Source: Trichomonas gallinae (lineage: Eukaryota). From it: 40,048 nucleotides of DNA. Where the stretch lies: NCBI GenBank assembly GCA_008369845.1, contig MRSU01003882.1:1-40048 (forward strand), written 5' to 3'. Of this stretch, positions 19,028-28,233 are shown in pieces (positions within the stretch are counted from its first letter, which is position 1; the number at the start of each line of letters is the position of its first letter). Position numbers and translations under genes: made by a program. Below the pieces are notes generated by a model, which had not been told where the DNA came from, did no database searches, and was given only the letters and a program-made list of their open reading frames with translations.

Positions 19028-22000
19028 TTAGAATGGGAATTTTGAACTATTTTTTCCGAAATCAGGGTCATCTTTGAATTCAAGCAGGGTCTTTTCCCTG
19101 ATTGCATTTGAGAGTTTCTCCCTCAAAAGTTTGTTCAATTCAGTGAGTTCCTCGTTTTTCTTCTTCAATGAATCGATTTGCTTGTTTGCTTGATCCAGTG
19201 AAACTTGCAGAGACTCAACATTCCTGTCAACAGGTGATTGTTGTGTAGTAGGGACTTGTCCATCGAATGATTTAATTGCATGCTGCTGCAAAATTTGGAC
19301 TCGTTCAGCAAGTTTCTTGTTTTCTTGGATCAATCTTTCATCAATTCTGCCTCCACCCAACCAAATATCGTCCAGTTGCGTCTGCAATTGATCTCTCTCC
19401 TTAGAGAGCTGCGCGCATTTAGATTTAAGCGCATCAACAGATGACTGAGCGAATTTGAGCTTCTCAGCTAAATCTTTGTAATTTTCGTTTGATGAATCTC
19501 TTTCGCGCTTGATATCATCAAGTTCTTCATTCAAACAATCGTTTTGATGGCCTAAATCTTCAATTGAAACTTGGTCTTCTGCGATCGTTCTCTGTGCCTC
19601 TTGTAACTGCTTCTTTACAAGGTTAAGTTCATCTTTTGCTTCCTGGCATTGTCTCCATTTGATGCTTGCTTCTTCTTTAGCATCATTCGCCATTTTTTCG
19701 AAATCTTTGATTTTATCTTTGAGTGAATCCTTTTCTTTTTGGGTTGTTTCGTGAATTCTCTGCAAATCATTCAGCTGCAAACACAGATCTTTGTTCTTTT
19801 CATTTAAGGCATCTCTCTGCTTGTTTGCATCTTTGCATTGATCAGCTGCAAACAAATACTGCTCGTTTAACAAAGTATTCTTTCTTTCCAATGCCTCGAT
19901 TTTGTCGTCCTGTGCATAGGAAACATCCAAAGCTTTTTGTAGGTCTTCTGCGTGTCTGATTGCTTCATCTCTTTCGCGTTTGACTTCTGCTCTTTCTCTC
20001 TTAAACGCTGATAATTCATCCAATGCAATTTCGCATTTCTTTTGAGCTTCTTTGACTTCATTGTTGAGTTTAGAAATTTTATCTTCGTTTTCTTTGATTT
20101 CCTTTTGAAGATCTAAAATTTTCGCTTCTTTTGATGCAATTTCTTTGTTCAAGTTTTGGTTTGCAATAAGAAGATTGTCGTATTTATCAGATGAAACTGT
20201 TTCATTGGAAACTTGTTCATTTGTTGTTGATGACATTTCGTCAATTTCTTGACGAAGCTGGGAAATTTTCTGTATCAATTCTTTGTTCTTTGATTCAAGG
20301 CTCGATGACTTTTGGATATAGAAATCTCTCTGCTCTTCAAGCTCTGTAACTTGGCCTTCCAAATCCTTGATTTTCTCGTCTTTGTCTTCTTCATCATTGC
20401 CATTGAATGATGTGTTTGCAGAGTTTGTAGGAGTCTTTGCTGTTTCGAGTTTGTCAAGAGCATATTTAAGATCTTCCTGTGCTTCTTTCAATTCATCTTC
20501 GACCTTCTTCTTCTGTTCTTTGAGATTATCGATTTCCTCATTCTTCTCTTTCAGTTCGTTCTGCAGCTTTTCTTGTGCTTCACTGAAATCTCTTGGCGTT
20601 GAAGGCTGTGAAGAAACTTTTTGCTGCAGCTTGTTGTTTTCGTATTCTAACATTTCTATTTTTCCTTTCATTTCATCTAAAGACTCAATGTCTTCCTTGT
20701 TTCCATCTGTTTCTATTTTATGCCTCATCAACGTGTTTTCTTCTTCGAGTTTGTGGACTCTTTCCATTGCTTCTATAAATGCAATGTCTGCATTTTCTTT
20801 ATCTTTTTCAAGTTCACTTTGATGTCTCAACAACTTCGAAATTTCTCTTCGCTTTTCATCCAACTCATACATCAATTGAACAACTTCTTCACTCATCTCT
20901 TGTTCTTCTTCTTTATCTTCTTCTTCATTTTCTTTTTCTGATTTGTTTTGTGATGAAGAAAGTTCTTCAATTTTTGCTTCGAGATCGATTTTTTCTGTTT
21001 CGAGTTGGTTGATTCGTTCAAGGAGTTCTTCATGTTGTGAGTTGAGTGATTTGATTGTGCCTTGTGCAGATTCGACTGTTTCTTTGAGCTGATCAATTAA
21101 ATGGGTCAAATCTTCGACATCTTTTTCGTGTGATGCTTTTTCTTCGTCTAAATCTTGCTGTGACTGGTCATATTTTTGCTCTAGATCAGTTATTTGTGCT
21201 TCTAATCCATTGATTATGTCTTCAGCATCATCCGAATTTTCTCTGTTTTGTTTGAGCCTTTCAATTTGTTTTTCTAAATCATTGACTTTCTTTTCCAATT
21301 GTTGATTTTCTCTTGCCATGTCATTTGCTGCTGCTGTGTTTGCTCTCTGATACATAACAATCTCTTCTTCTCTGTTTTCAAGAACTTTCTGAAGCTTTGC
21401 ATTTTCTCTCTTAAGACCATCAACCAAATTATTATCAATATCATGGCTGCTGAATTTAATTTCATTTTGTGTCTTTGTTAATTCATTTGCCATTATTTGC
21501 CATTCTTGATTTTCATTATTTAATTTCTCCTGTAATTCTTGTTCCTTCTTAGCAAAATCATTGATTAGTGTTTGCTTTTCTTGGGTTTCGTTGTTGATTT
21601 TTTCTAGTAATTCTTGTTCTTTCTTTGAGAATTCTTGATTTTGTCTTTGCAAACGTTTCATTTGCTCATCAAGAAGCATGTATTTGCTTCTCATTCTTTC
21701 CACTTCTTCATGGGCCATTCTGACGTTATCACTGTCATCCATGAATTTCTTTTCGAGTTTTGATGCGTATTCCTTGCTTTCTTGTAATGCCTCATCTGCT
21801 TGAGAAATCTTGTGTTTGAGGTCTTCATTTTCATATTTTAATGAATCGATCTGCTTCTTAAGCTCTTCTGTTTCTTTTGTATTATCTTCACGTTTCTTTG
21901 ATATTTCTTCAAACTGTTCTGTGAGTTTTCTGTTCTTTTCCATTAGATCGTTCAGCTGCTGTTCTAATGATTCCAAGTTTTCTTCTTCGTGGTTGTTATT

Positions 22001-24277
22001 CAAACTCTCTGCGAGCATCTTATTCTCTTCTTCGAGATCTTTAATCTTTTGCTCCAGCATTATCTTTTCATTCCTGTGCATGATTTCAATAGCCATGTTT
22101 TTGAGGCTGCTTAATTCATCATTTTCGTCAGATTTTTGCAGTTCTTTGTTTTCTTTCTCTTCATCGTTTTTAGTCTTCAATTCTTTAATTGTTTTGTCTT
22201 TCTGATTGTTGTCTGCAATGATTTTCTGGTTTTCAGCATTGAGTGTCTCTAACTGTTGCTTTAAGACATTTAATTCTTCAGATAATTTGCTGTTCTTGTT
22301 AATTATTTCTCCGTTTTCAGTATTCAAAATCTTATTTTGTTCATTTTGAGCTTCCATGCTTTTAGTTAATGTATAGACCTGCTTCTCTAAGTCAGCAATC
22401 TTCTTAACATAGCCTTCTCTTTCTTCTTCAAATGCTGTCAGATTCTCAGAACCAGTCAAATTCTGGACTTTTGTCAGATTTTCTTCTTCTTCGTTTTCTT
22501 CTTCAGAGTTTGACCCATGCGTGTGGATGCTTGATTCTGATGACTCTGAGTCACGAGTGTATCTTCTTCCTTTGTTATATGATACTTTTATTGGAATTTC
22601 TTTTTGTTCATCATCATCAACTTCATTTTCAGTATTTGGTTCAACTTCTGGATAATTCTCGTAATTTTCTTCTTCATCGTTTAATAGGACTTCAGGGAAA
22701 TCTTCTTCGAATTGCAATGAGCTGTTTTCATCGCTTTTGAGTGTAGACGAAGAAAGCTTCAGCTGTGTGTTTTCTTCTTTCATTTCAGCAAGTTGACGCT
22801 TTAGTTCTATGTTTTCTAGTTCGATTAATTCATCATTTTTGAGTTTGTTGTCGTATTGTGCCTTAGCAAGCTGTATAGATATATCTTTGAGGTGCTTGCT
22901 GAGTTTCTCGTTGTCTCGCCTGAGATTTTCGTTCTCTGTGTAGTACTCTCTGATCGCATCTAAAAGATTTTCGTGAATTGTGTCATTTTCCTCTTCTTCT
23001 TCAGCTGCTTTCAGTTCATCCTTGAGCTCTTTGCTGAGTTGCCTGAGTTCTTCGAATTTGACGATGCTTAAATATTTCTTTGGATTTAATTCTAATTTCG
23101 ATTTTAATTCCTTGTTTTGTGATTTGAGAGTGAACACATCCTTCTGAAGCTGTTCTTTTTGCTCATGTTCAAGTTTCAAATCATTTTGGACGTTTTTAAG
23201 ATTTAAATTTTCTTTCGTAACGTTTTCGAGATCATTGGTTATCTGAGAAAGCTGTGCCTTCAAATTCTCGAGCTCGTCATCAGCTGCAATTCCTTTTGTT
23301 TCGAGTTTAATTTTTTCTTTTTCTAATTCGCGAATTTGGCTGTGAAGGTCCTTGATTTCATCAGTATAGGCTTGTCTAGTGTCTTCCATCCTTTCTTGCA
23401 TGGTGTTTATCGCTGCATTAAGCCTTGAAATTTGATATTCTTGTGAACTGCTGATTGAAGTGGCTGCTTTGATGTTTTTAATAACACCACGAAGATCCTG
23501 GTTTTCTTGTGTCATCTTCTTTAACTGAAGATTTAATTCTTTATTTTGAGTTTCTGAATTCTTCATTTTTGCGTAAGATTTGTCAAGTAAAACAGAGAAT
23601 TCTTCGATTTGCTGTGTCATTGTATTCTTTTCTTCTGTTATTTGTGCAAGTAAATCTGATTGTTCTTTTATCGTTGTTTGTGCTTCAGCTAATTTCTTTT
23701 CAGAACGAGTATGAAGTCTGATGACCTTAATCAAATTTGCTTTAAGTGTCTCGATGGCTGAACTGTCTTGATGCGATTTTTCGTTATTTTCATTTGTCGC
23801 TTCTGTAAGTTCTTGATGCTGTTTCTTGAGGATTTGGAAACCTCTAGAACAAACAATGTATTTAGATTCAAGTTCTTTATTCTGTGAAATTAAATTTTGA
23901 TTAATTTGCTCAAGATTTTGTAATTTCGTCTTTAAATCGGTATTTTCTTTTTTAATTTTGTGATTTTCATCATTTAATGCTGATTGTTGCTTCAAAATCT
24001 CAATATTACGAACATCATCATCTTTCTTTGACTCCAAAAGCTTCTTAAAGTTTTCAGTTGTTTGCTCATATGATGAACGGAGATCACGGAATTTCTGTGA
24101 TGCAGTCTGATAGTTTTCGATAAGTTGTTTTTCTCGATTTTTCTTATTTTGTAATGATTGCGTCAATTTCTCTATTTTCTGTGTCAGTAATTTATTCTGA
24201 TGAACAAGTGACTCGTTTTCGAGCTTCAATCTGCTTGTTTCAGCATCTTGTGAAGCTCGAAAATCAATTTCAGACAT
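19028..24277 (-). CDS. Giant E/K/Q/N-rich coiled-coil protein (viral A-type-inclusion-like annotation class)
   Basis: 1749-aa ORF that is heptad-rich throughout, with acidic linkers. Confidence 0.9.
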   Translation of the reverse strand: MSEIDFRASQDAETSRLKLENESLVHQNKLLTQKIEKLTQSLQNKKNREKQLIENYQTASQKFRDLRSSYEQTTENFKKLLESKKDDDVRNIEILKQQSALNDENHKIKKENTDLKTKLQNLEQINQNLISQNKELESKYIVCSRGFQILKKQHQELTEATNENNEKSHQDSSAIETLKANLIKVIRLHTRSEKKLAEAQTTIKEQSDLLAQITEEKNTMTQQIEEFSVLLDKSYAKMKNSETQNKELNLQLKKMTQENQDLRGVIKNIKAATSISSSQEYQISRLNAAINTMQERMEDTRQAYTDEIKDLHSQIRELEKEKIKLETKGIAADDELENLKAQLSQITNDLENVTKENLNLKNVQNDLKLEHEQKEQLQKDVFTLKSQNKELKSKLELNPKKYLSIVKFEELRQLSKELKDELKAAEEEEENDTIHENLLDAIREYYTENENLRRDNEKLSKHLKDISIQLAKAQYDNKLKNDELIELENIELKRQLAEMKEENTQLKLSSSTLKSDENSSLQFEEDFPEVLLNDEEENYENYPEVEPNTENEVDDDEQKEIPIKVSYNKGRRYTRDSESSESSIHTHGSNSEEENEEEENLTKVQNLTGSENLTAFEEEREGYVKKIADLEKQVYTLTKSMEAQNEQNKILNTENGEIINKNSKLSEELNVLKQQLETLNAENQKIIADNNQKDKTIKELKTKNDEEKENKELQKSDENDELSSLKNMAIEIMHRNEKIMLEQKIKDLEEENKMLAESLNNNHEEENLESLEQQLNDLMEKNRKLTEQFEEISKKREDNTKETEELKKQIDSLKYENEDLKHKISQADEALQESKEYASKLEKKFMDDSDNVRMAHEEVERMRSKYMLLDEQMKRLQRQNQEFSKKEQELLEKINNETQEKQTLINDFAKKEQELQEKLNNENQEWQIMANELTKTQNEIKFSSHDIDNNLVDGLKRENAKLQKVLENREEEIVMYQRANTAAANDMARENQQLEKKVNDLEKQIERLKQNRENSDDAEDIINGLEAQITDLEQKYDQSQQDLDEEKASHEKDVEDLTHLIDQLKETVESAQGTIKSLNSQHEELLERINQLETEKIDLEAKIEELSSSQNKSEKENEEEDKEEEQEMSEEVVQLMYELDEKRREISKLLRHQSELEKDKENADIAFIEAMERVHKLEEENTLMRHKIETDGNKEDIESLDEMKGKIEMLEYENNKLQQKVSSQPSTPRDFSEAQEKLQNELKEKNEEIDNLKEQKKKVEDELKEAQEDLKYALDKLETAKTPTNSANTSFNGNDEEDKDEKIKDLEGQVTELEEQRDFYIQKSSSLESKNKELIQKISQLRQEIDEMSSTTNEQVSNETVSSDKYDNLLIANQNLNKEIASKEAKILDLQKEIKENEDKISKLNNEVKEAQKKCEIALDELSAFKRERAEVKRERDEAIRHAEDLQKALDVSYAQDDKIEALERKNTLLNEQYLFAADQCKDANKQRDALNEKNKDLCLQLNDLQRIHETTQKEKDSLKDKIKDFEKMANDAKEEASIKWRQCQEAKDELNLVKKQLQEAQRTIAEDQVSIEDLGHQNDCLNEELDDIKRERDSSNENYKDLAEKLKFAQSSVDALKSKCAQLSKERDQLQTQLDDIWLGGGRIDERLIQENKKLAERVQILQQHAIKSFDGQVPTTQQSPVDRNVESLQVSLDQANKQIDSLKKKNEELTELNKLLREKLSNAIREKTLLEFKDDPDFGKNSSKFPF

Positions 24278-25100
24278 TTGTCAGATTTCATAATTTACGT
24301 GCCAAAAATATGTACTTTACATCTTTACATGGCAAAAATATTGAAATATTGACATCACAGTCAATATAACTCTCAAAGAATGCGCTGCATTTTATAAAAA
24401 TATGATGCCATTTTCGTTCTTAATGTCACTTTTCAATGTCATTTCCAACATTCCTCGTTTCACACGGTTGACAAATGATATCCTATGCTTGGTCATCTAA
24501 ACTTCATGAAGTGAACTAAAAGGCAAAACTGATGAAAAATTATAACCTTAATATTTTCTTTTGTTTACTTATCGTCGATGTGACCCTCATGGAGGCAATA
24601 TGTCAAATAATAAAACTCGTTTGTAAACGGATAATAATGATTATAATTAGACCACAACCCTAATTGCACACATATGTCTTGAAGTACCCTTACAAATTGA
24701 ATTTCAATTGCAATTTAGCGATTGAATAAAGCTGTCAACACTCGTCAAAAAGTTATTTTTTCAGAATAAAAATATCATAGTATGTTTCCTTATGTCCACA
24801 TGGATTTGCTATATTAATATGACGCGAATTCACATACAATACATATATATTTATAGCGCCATTTTTATCGTCGTTACAACTTTTTATTCATTTGCAAATG
24901 AAAGTTATGACTGTTAGTGAGTACCACATTTATTTTGATGTCAATCATATGTATTGATTTTTAAAATTTCATACAGTTAGAATCATAAGAAGACATTCAA
25001 AACTAGAATAGAATTAAATTATGATTTGAATGAATATATTTTTTCGAGATGTAAATCCATTTGTTGGCATTGAATATTATTAAAAAACATAAGTTTTAGA

Positions 25101-25556
25101 TTAAACGATGATAGATTGCTCCTGAATAGATGTTTTCTCTTCCTTCTCGAATAACTTCTTGTATATAATGAATCCCGTATATGAGAGTTTGCAAATAATA
25201 ACAATAGCAAGTATTACGGTGCCTGTGATGAATCCAGAATTTGTCTTCTTATCAAGAGGGTTGAGGATGTTGACTTGCAATGACTTAGATACTTGGGCAA
25301 AACTTTCAACAGTGTTCAACTTTGTCTCAAGTGTTGGGATATAAAAACCGACAAGTAAATTATTAATAAATCTTTTGATGTATCCTGAGTTTTCGTGGAT
25401 AAAATCGATGAGTAGCTTGTCGAATATTGATTGATTGAGCTCCTCCAGGAATGGAGCCAATGCATGATCATCAAATGCTGTTGTATTATGGAATAATCCT
25501 TTATTTTTGCCATAATATTGAAATTTCATTGATATAAAATTAAACAAATCAAACAT
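25101..25556 (-). CDS. Small C-terminally membrane-anchored protein or 3' fragment of a membrane-protein gene
   Basis: TM segment GFITGTVILAIVIICKLSYTGFIIY followed by a KK tail. The ATG at 25556 (or 25529) lies only about 30 nt past the upstream gene's stop. Confidence 0.45.
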   Translation of the reverse strand: MFDLFNFISMKFQYYGKNKGLFHNTTAFDDHALAPFLEELNQSIFDKLLIDFIHENSGYIKRFINNLLVGFYIPTLETKLNTVESFAQVSKSLQVNILNPLDKKTNSGFITGTVILAIVIICKLSYTGFIIYKKLFEKEEKTSIQEQSIIV

Positions 25557-25587
25557 GTTTACAAACACAAATGTTAGCAGGTATTGA

Positions 25588-26343
25588 TCAGTTAAGTGAT
25601 TTAAGACGATCTTCGAGCAATTTAATTCGAGCATCTTGTTCTTCATGCAATCTTTTGATTTCTTGCTTAATTTTCTCAGTTGCATCCTCTTCGTCTTTGA
25701 TTTTTCTGTCAATATCGTTAATAGCGTTTAATATAACTCTAACTCTTTCATCTGGTTGATCTTTTGCAATTTCTCGTTTTTGTACTTTCTCTGCTATGAT
25801 ATCATTACGTGATTTTTGTAGTGCAATTTCTTTTTGCAAAGAATTTATTTCTTTCTTTTGCTTTGTGAGGACATCTCTTGAATATTCAACTTGTTTCTCA
25901 GCGAGAAGTTTAGACAATTCCTTATTCTGTTTATCACACTTCGATTTCATGCTCTTCATTCTGATTAATTCCATATGAAGCATTAAGCATTCTTCTTGAA
26001 GCTCATCAATAAGTGCTGCTCTATCTGATTGTTTTATCAATGCTATTTCTGATCTGTAATTTGCTGTTGTCTGTTCAATTTGACGAAGTTCTTTTTCTAA
26101 CGAGTTTTGTACTGCTGAATTTGTTGCCAAACTCTGTGGTTTCTTAACTCTATTTGTAAGTCGAGCAATTTTTGCTTTTAACAAGCTTTTTTCTTGTATT
26201 AAATTTTGTTTTTCTCGTTTTAAAACGCCAATCTCATCTGCTAATTTCATTGGGATGTTGCATTCATGGTTTCCACGCTTATAACCACGTGATATCAACT
26301 GTCTTGTTCCCGGAGTGTACGGTCTGTATCCACCAGTAATCAT
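25588..26343 (-). CDS. Hypothetical coiled-coil protein
   Basis: Charged heptad ORF. First ATG at 26343 (MITGGYRP). Confidence 0.8.
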   Translation of the reverse strand: MITGGYRPYTPGTRQLISRGYKRGNHECNIPMKLADEIGVLKREKQNLIQEKSLLKAKIARLTNRVKKPQSLATNSAVQNSLEKELRQIEQTTANYRSEIALIKQSDRAALIDELQEECLMLHMELIRMKSMKSKCDKQNKELSKLLAEKQVEYSRDVLTKQKKEINSLQKEIALQKSRNDIIAEKVQKREIAKDQPDERVRVILNAINDIDRKIKDEEDATEKIKQEIKRLHEEQDARIKLLEDRLKSLN

Positions 26344-26877
26344 TGTAATTTTACTTGACAAATTTTTAGATATTGAATAATTTATATGTCATTTACTGCT
26401 TTTGTTTGTCAGAAATGGTTAAAAATTTGAATAAATTATGTGACAAAAATATGAAATTTGAATTATTTATTTGTCAAATGTATTTGGTAAATTTTATTTA
26501 CGTGTCAAATAATTGAAGAAAAATTGCCAAAAAGATAAAATTTCAAAAACTCAAGAAGATCTCAAAATTTCTTGTCATAAAAAGTTAATACCAAATTACA
26601 TATAAATATTTATCAAAATTATTTTAAACGTATTTACGTGACAAATATTACTTATTAAAATCATTGCAAAACATTGTTATAATATATTTGTAGAATTTTC
26701 TTGAAAACAATTTGTCATGTAAATATTTTTATGATTCTCGTGGTCATTCAAATAAAAAATAAAGAATTGAAAAAAGTTGGTCTGCCCGATTAATATATAT
26801 AAAGCTCCATGATTATTTATTTAAATAAAATTCATAACAATGCAGTGAAGATATTATTATTGTTGGTGAAATTTTGA

Positions 26878-27333
26878 TTAGATTATGCACAAGTGTTGTA
26901 AATGATTAACTGTGCTAGATAACGGGTTGAATGGCTTGATATCCTTATATGTTTCATCAGGAACTATAGGAGGCAATGAATTCATCGACCTAAAAACCGG
27001 ATCATCGGTAGCTTTGTCAGCCATTATCTCTTTAATAGCCTTCGAATAGACGTCAGTAGCGACAACACTCTTGCTTTTTCGAATTTGAGGATCTCTTGAG
27101 CTCCTTAGACGACAAGGAGGCATGCATCTCGTACTGAATGGCGATATCGTCGCTTGCATCGATGGTAATAGATTTACCGAGTATCTATTGTTATTTGAGT
27201 AAATTAATTTATGTGTTGCATTGAGTGATTTCTCCCATTTCTGTGCTTCTTGCTTTCTCATCTGCTCAGCTTCAGCGTCATTCTTTCTCTTGAGCGAACC
27301 CAAATATAGGTCATTAATCCTTCGCCTTGACAT
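26878..27333 (-). CDS. Hypothetical basic protein
   Basis: 151-aa ATG ORF with higher GC than its flanks. No family recognised. Confidence 0.7.
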   Translation of the reverse strand: MSRRRINDLYLGSLKRKNDAEAEQMRKQEAQKWEKSLNATHKLIYSNNNRYSVNLLPSMQATISPFSTRCMPPCRLRSSRDPQIRKSKSVVATDVYSKAIKEIMADKATDDPVFRSMNSLPPIVPDETYKDIKPFNPLSSTVNHLQHLCII

Positions 27334-28233
27334 TTAATATAATTATAAAAATATCTCTATCAAAATTGTAAAGAGAAAATTTAAACAGACTTTTTCAATT
27401 AATTTTAAAATCGAATCCATTGATAGGATCTATTATATAGTTTAAAAATACTAGTTTTAATTTTAGCGGTTAGATATCTTCTGAAAAATCTAATTTTGTA
27501 ATTTTACTAATATACAATATTTCTATTATATTGATTTTTCATAAAATTTTTGAGACTAAAAGTGCCAAAATGCCTTCAAATAATTGAATAGATTTTTAAC
27601 GTAAACTAAAGAAAATCTAACCGTTAAAAATTTAATTTCGCGCATGATATTATCGACAAGTAATGTGTAACAATTTTATTTAATAATCGTGTGTTAAAAG
27701 TGGTTCTTCATCAAACGAAAATAAATTTTCCCTAAATATTGTGCAAATTAATCCGTTGTCATGAGATTACCTCAATGGTGTAATCCTAAACGATTTTACA
27801 ACCTAGTAAAAATGCGAAAATTCTCCATTTTGTAAATATAGTTGATTTGACATTTCCAAAATTTATTATATCTATAATATTTTCTGATTTATTATTTATA
27901 ATTTCAAAAGACGCACTATTTAAACTGAAAATCAATAATTTTCAAAAAAAATGTTTATTTTACAATTAATAATATGGCGATTATTTTTATAATATTGTAA
28001 TTCATTTTTTTTACATACTTATTAATTATTTAAATATTCATTCATTGGCTTATATATCAGCTATGCACCTTAATTTCAAAAGCGTGCAAAGTTTTGAGAG
28101 AATTTCATATTTTTGTTTTGAATATTTTTTAATAATTTCCATAAAAATATCAAGATAATTGTTATATATGTTTTTGTTATGCTATTGTGATTATAAAAAT
28201 AGTTAGTTTTAGATGTAATAAAAACAAATTTAT

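Noticed and set aside
19723..24369. Numerous antisense and alternate-frame ORFs inside large genes (also at 2049-4211, 28936-30916 and 33048-37743)
   Set aside because: These are S/F/L-rich shadow ORFs expected opposite E/K-rich coding sequence.
24360..25000. Slightly GC-richer intergenic stretch, possibly a decayed gene
   Set aside because: The frames I translated had frequent stops and no recognisable motif.
26344..26361. TTG at 26361 as a third non-AUG start
   Set aside because: It overlaps a copy of the promoter motif (TTTACTTGACA, 26350-26360), and an ATG lies six codons downstream.
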